This document shows positions 59,036 through 64,000 of a DNA stretch of 64,000 bases, in pieces (within the stretch, counting starts at the first letter, position 1; each line of letters starts with the position of its first letter). Below the pieces are notes generated by a model. That model was not told the origin of the DNA, ran no database searches, and saw only the letters and a list, made by a program, of their open reading frames with translations. This DNA comes from the human T2T-CHM13v2.0 reference genome, Homo sapiens, in NCBI RefSeq assembly GCF_009914755.1, contig NC_060947.1. One strand, given 5' to 3'. Made by a program: the position numbers and the translations under genes.

Positions 59036-62000
59036 AACAAATTTACAAGAGAAAAACCAACAACCTCATTAATAAGTGGCCAAAGGACATAAACAGACAC
59101 TTTTCAAAGAAGACAAAACATGCGGCCAACACACATGAAAAAATGCTCAATGTCACTGATCATTAGAGAAATGCAAATAAAAACCACAGTGAGATACCAT
59201 CTTACACCAGTCAGAATGGCTGTTTTTTAAAAGTCAAAAATAACAGATGCTGTTGAAGATGTGGAGGCAAAGGAGCACTTATACACTGTTGGTGGGTCTG
59301 TAAAGTAGTTCAACCATTGTGGAAAGCAGTATGGCAATTCCTCAAAGAGCTAAAAACAGAACTACCATTGCACCCAGCAATCCCATTACTGGGTATATAC
59401 CCAGAGGAATATAAAGCATTCTGCCATAAAGAAACATGCACACAAATGTTCATTGTCACACTAGTCACAATAGCAAAGACATGGAATCAACCTAAATGCC
59501 CATCAGTGACAGATTACATAAAGAAAATGTGGTACATTTACACCATGGAATACTATGCAGGCATAAAAAAGAATGATCTCATGTATTTTGTGGGAACAGA
59601 GATGGAGCTGGAGGTTATTATCCTTAGCAAACTAATGCCAGAACAGAATACCAAATGCTGCATGTTCTTACTTGTAAGTGGGAGCTAAATGATGAGAACT
59701 CATGAACACAGAAGGAAATAATAGACACTGTGGCCTATGTGAGGGTGGAGGCTGGGAGGAGGGAGAAGAGCAGATAAAATAAATATTGGATACTAGGCTT
59801 ACTACCTGGGTGATGAAATAATCTGTACAACAAACCCCCGTGACAAGACTTTACCAATATAACAAGCCTGCACATTTACCCCAGCACCTAAAATAAAAGT
59901 TAAAATAATAATAATTTAAAAAGTACTTTGTAATCTTAAAAAATTAACACACATAAAACCTTATGAGTTTATACTGATACTTGCAATTCAAATGCAGTGC
60001 CATATATATAGACTTCTGGTTAACTTTTTTTTTCCTGTTCCATCCTTTGTCTTTCCCACCAAGAATTGTGCTTTTTAAGGCCAGAAGGGATGACAGAATT
60101 AGAATACCCTGAAAGTATTCATTTATCTTATTTCACAATAGAAATACAGCAGCCTCAGAATAACAATACGAATACTACCACCATAGTCGGATGAATATTA
60201 AATAAAAGCAGGAAAGGAATTAGAACAGAGAGAAAAGGGGAGGAAGGAATAATAGATACCATTCTATTGAAGGTTTGGTGGCTATTGGTAGTTTTCCTCA
60301 TTCTCATATTTTGCCTTTGTGATACCTTGTCTCCCAAAGTTTTATGAAACATTCATGTGTTTTTGGTTTTGCTTTAGTTCCTCTATTTTTACTGTCTATG
60401 TACTTTTCATACAACTTTTTGTTTATTTTTTAAATTTTATTTTTTAATTGACAATAATTGCACATATTCATGGGGTGCATAGTGATGTTTCAAAACATAT
60501 TATGTGTAGTGATCAGATTTGGTAACTAGCATATCTATCATCTCATACCTTTATTATTTCTTCATGTGGTGAATATACAATATCTTCCTTCTAGCTATTT
60601 GAAACTATATATTATTGTTCAAAACTACAAAGAAGTTTAAAGAATAGTACAATGAACCCTTGTATACTTTTCACCCAGATTCACCAATTTTTAATATTGT
60701 GTCACTACATTTATAAATATATAATTCTTTCTTTCTACTTAATATTTTAATATGAGAAATTTTAAGCATAAAGTTGAAAGAGTTTTACAGTGGCCACTCC
60801 TGTAGCTGCTGCCTGGATTTTACTGTTAAATTTTGCTATAGTTTTATCAGTGTCAGTTTATCCATTCCATTATCTATATATTAATACATATTGATGCATT
60901 CAGAAATAAATTGCAGAAAGACATTCATGATCATGCATCAGAAAAATTAATATTGTTAATATGACTGTACTTCCCCAAATTGATCTAAGCATTCAGTGCA
61001 GTCTTCCTTAAAGTCTCAGCTGGTTTCTTTGCAGAAATATGAGAAGCTGACCTAAAATTCATATCGTATGGAAATGTAAGAGATCCGGAATAGTCAAAAC
61101 AGTCTTGAAAAAGAACAAAGTTGGAAGACTCTTCCAAGATTTCAAAATTCACTAGTAAGTTACAGTAATCAAGACTGTTTGGTGCTGACATAAGGATAGA
61201 CATAAATCAATGGAGTAGAGTTGAAAGCTCAGAAAAAAACTCTCACCTTTATAGTCAATTGTTTTTCAACAAGGATGCCAAGACAGTTGGAGGAAAGAAA
61301 ATATTCTTCAACAAATGGTGCTGGGAAAACTGAATATCAGGTGCAAAAGAATAAAGTTGGACCTATATTACCTACCTTATGCCAAATTTAATTCAAAAAG
61401 GATTTTTTATATGCAATGTACAAAATAGGCAAATCTATAGAGACAGAAACTAGATTGGTGGTTGCCTAGGACTGGGTGGGGGATGTGGTTGGAAGAAAAT
61501 TTGAAGTGACTCATTGGTATGGGGTTTCTTTTTGGGATGATAAAAATGTTCTAAAATTGATTGTGGTAATGGTTGCATAACTCTGTGAATATACTGAAAA
61601 CCATTGACCTGTACGGAAGTCATAGCCCAATAAGCTGTTAGAGAAAAACAATTGCAGAAACCAATACACTTTCTCCTAAATGGTTCAACATTTATATTAA
61701 TAACTAGGGTTCAATATTGGTTTATGCATTTTAGTTTTGATATAAAAATTCCATAAGATGAAATGCAGAAATCTTAAGTGAACATTCACTGAGTTTTGAC
61801 AATACATACATCTGTGTAATCCATTCCCCATCATGTTATAGAACATTAACATCACCGTTGGAAGTTCCCTCCTGTCATCCTTCTAGTGAGTTTTCTCCTA
61901 TGTACCACCTAAGGCATACTTTGATCTGATTGTTTTCCAGCACGGAATTATCCACCTGATTTAGTATTTTACATAAAATGCATAATTTAATAGGTACTTT

Positions 62001-62112
62001 TTTATGTAAGACTTTCACTCAGTATGCTATTAATGAGATTAATCCATATTGTTGCATTTCTTTAGTGACTGAGTCATATTCCATTGTATGAATATACCAA
62101 TGAAGATTTATT

Positions 62113-62592
62113 TTTTTTTAATTTTTTTTATTTTTTGAAGTTTTAAAGCTGGGCATCCGGGGGAGACATCACATGTCAGTAGGTTCCGTGATGCCCCACA
62201 AGCCGCAAAACCAGCAAGTTTTTATTAGGGACTTTCAAAAGGGGAGGGAGTGTACGAATAGGTGTGGGTCACAGAGATCACGTACTTCACAAGGTAATAG
62301 AATATCACAAGGCAAATGGAGGCAGAGCAAGATCACAGGACCACAGGACCCGGGCGAAATTAAAATTGCTAATGAAGTTTCGGGCACCATTGTCATTGAT
62401 AACATCTTATCAGGAGACAGGGTTTGAGAGCAACCGGTCTGACCAAAATTTATTAGGCGAGAATTTCCTCTTCCTAATAAGCCTGGGAGCGCTATGGGAG
62501 ACTGGGGTTTATTTCATCCCTACAGTTTCGACCATAGAAGACGGCCACACCCAAGGGGGCCATTTTAGAGACCCACCCTCAGGGGTGCATTC
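62113..62592 (-). mobile_element. Polyadenylated MER11 (HERV-K HML-8) LTR retrocopy
   Basis: MER11-like sequence (cctaataaaaacttgctggttttgcggcttgtggggcatcacggaacc on the minus strand). T-tail at 62113-62136. 17-bp TSD accaatgaagatttatt at 62096-62112 and 62593-62609. Confidence 0.88.
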
Positions 62593-62790
62593 ACCAATGA
62601 AGATTTATTATCATAATGATACTTAGGCTCAGTTTAGTTTCTGTATATTGTGAATAAAGGTGCAGTGAATATTTTTAAGCAGGCTTTGTGTGAACCTATG
62701 TTTTAATTTCTTTTGGATTAATAGCTGGGAGTGGAATTGTTGAGTCATAGGGAAGGTGTATGCTTAGTTTCATTTAAAATTGCCTCAGTT

Positions 62791-62892
62791 CAGGAGAATG
62801 GCGTGAACCCAGGAGGCGGAGCTTGCAGTGAGCCGAGATCGTGCCACCGCACTCCAGCCTGGGCGACAGAGCAAGACTCTGTCTCAAAAAAA
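62791..62892 (+). mobile_element. 5'-truncated AluY
   Basis: Right-arm end only. TSD aaaattgcctcagtt at 62776-62790 and 62893-62907. Confidence 0.92.
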
Positions 62893-64000
62893 AAAATTGC
62901 CTCAGTTTTCTCAAAATGGTTATATCATTTTATATTCCCATCAATCAAGTATGACAGTTCCAGTTGTTCTATAATTACTCCAATATTTGATGTCAGTCTT
63001 TTAAATTTTAACCATTCTAGTGGTTTTATTGTAGTATCTCAATGTGCTTTTAATTTGCATTTCCCTGATGACTAGTGATGTCGAGCCCTTTTCATGTGCT
63101 TATTGGACATTTGTGTATTTTCTTTTGTGAGGAGTCTGTTAAAATCTTGTGCCTATATGTCAATTGGGTTGTTTGTATTTTTATTGTTGAGCTGTAGTAA
63201 TTCCTTTTATATCTTGGATACCAGTTTTTTGTCAGATGTATGTATTGTGAATATCTTCTTTCAGTCTCTGGCTTGCTTATTCATATTAATAATTGTATAT
63301 TTTGATGAGTTATTTATCCACTTTTTGTGGTTTTTCCTGTCTTTGCCCTGTCCAAAAAATCCTGCTTAATCTCAAGTCATGTTTTGTTTTTTATATGTTT
63401 GTTTATAAAGGTTTTTTCCTCTGTGTTCCTGTAAAAGTTTTGTAGGTTTTTATGTTTTATGTTTCTAATCCATGACCTTTTATGTTTTAATCGATGATCT
63501 TTCTCAAATAATTTTTGCACTTAGTAATGAAGTAGGGATTCAGGCTCATTTTTTTCCAATAGGGATATCCAGTATTCCAGTACCATTTTTGGAATATGTT
63601 TTTTCCCTATTGGATTGCTTTGGCACCTTTGTTGAAAATCAAGTACACTATCTCTATTCTGTTTCATTGATTTATTTGCTGATTCTTAAGATGATACCAC
63701 ACCGTCTTAATTACTGTACCTTTATAATAAGTCTGGAAGTCAAGTTTGTGGCCAACCCACATCCCAAGATTATGCAGAAGATCTAATAAAGAAAAGCAAG
63801 CTTTTAACTAAATTATAATCAATGCCTTCATCTTTATAATATGAATAATGATTCACTTGGAGCATTTTCAGCTTGTTTATCTGAACCATTAAAGTCATTT
63901 TAAAGTCAGTTTAAAGTCATTACCATTTCCTGGGAAAATTGCTCTAATAATTTGTATAATTTGAAGCATAATCCTTAGGAATATTTAGACCTAGCATTAG

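Larger units (their letters stand above)
56553..59915 (+). mobile_element. 5'-truncated older L1PA (about L1PA13)
   Basis: ORF2 peptides [37 protein letters not shown] and a C-terminal ORF at 59317-59688. 3'UTR and A-rich tail. Confidence 0.92.
60420..63750. mobile_element. Mosaic of old L1M fragments in both orientations
   Basis: L1MA 3' end (-) at 60420-60620, ORF2/3' (+) at 60935-61645, L1ME-like (-) at 61720-63750. Confidence 0.7.

Overview
Primate (probably human) genomic DNA, AT-rich and dominated by interspersed repeats. Nearly every ORF in the track is a decayed L1 ORF2, HERV-L gag/pol or Alu frame, and I see no intact protein-coding gene. Main elements: (1) a near full-length HERV-L provirus with both MLT2A LTRs on the minus strand (26533-33218), nested in an internally deleted old L1; (2) many L1s of different ages, about 12 Alus, and Charlie, Tigger, MER20, MER1B and MLT1A elements; (3) a poly(A)-tailed, TSD-flanked MER11 (HML-8) LTR retrocopy. 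The most interesting non-repeat signal is a chain of plus-strand exon-like segments in the unique islands (about 9.6-12.4 kb and 37.3-50.2 kb). Their splice phases join into a largely open, protein-like frame that ends in a stop codon followed by AATAAA, which suggests a decayed multi-exon gene that I cannot name. Repeat subfamily calls come from recalled consensus features, not from an alignment run.
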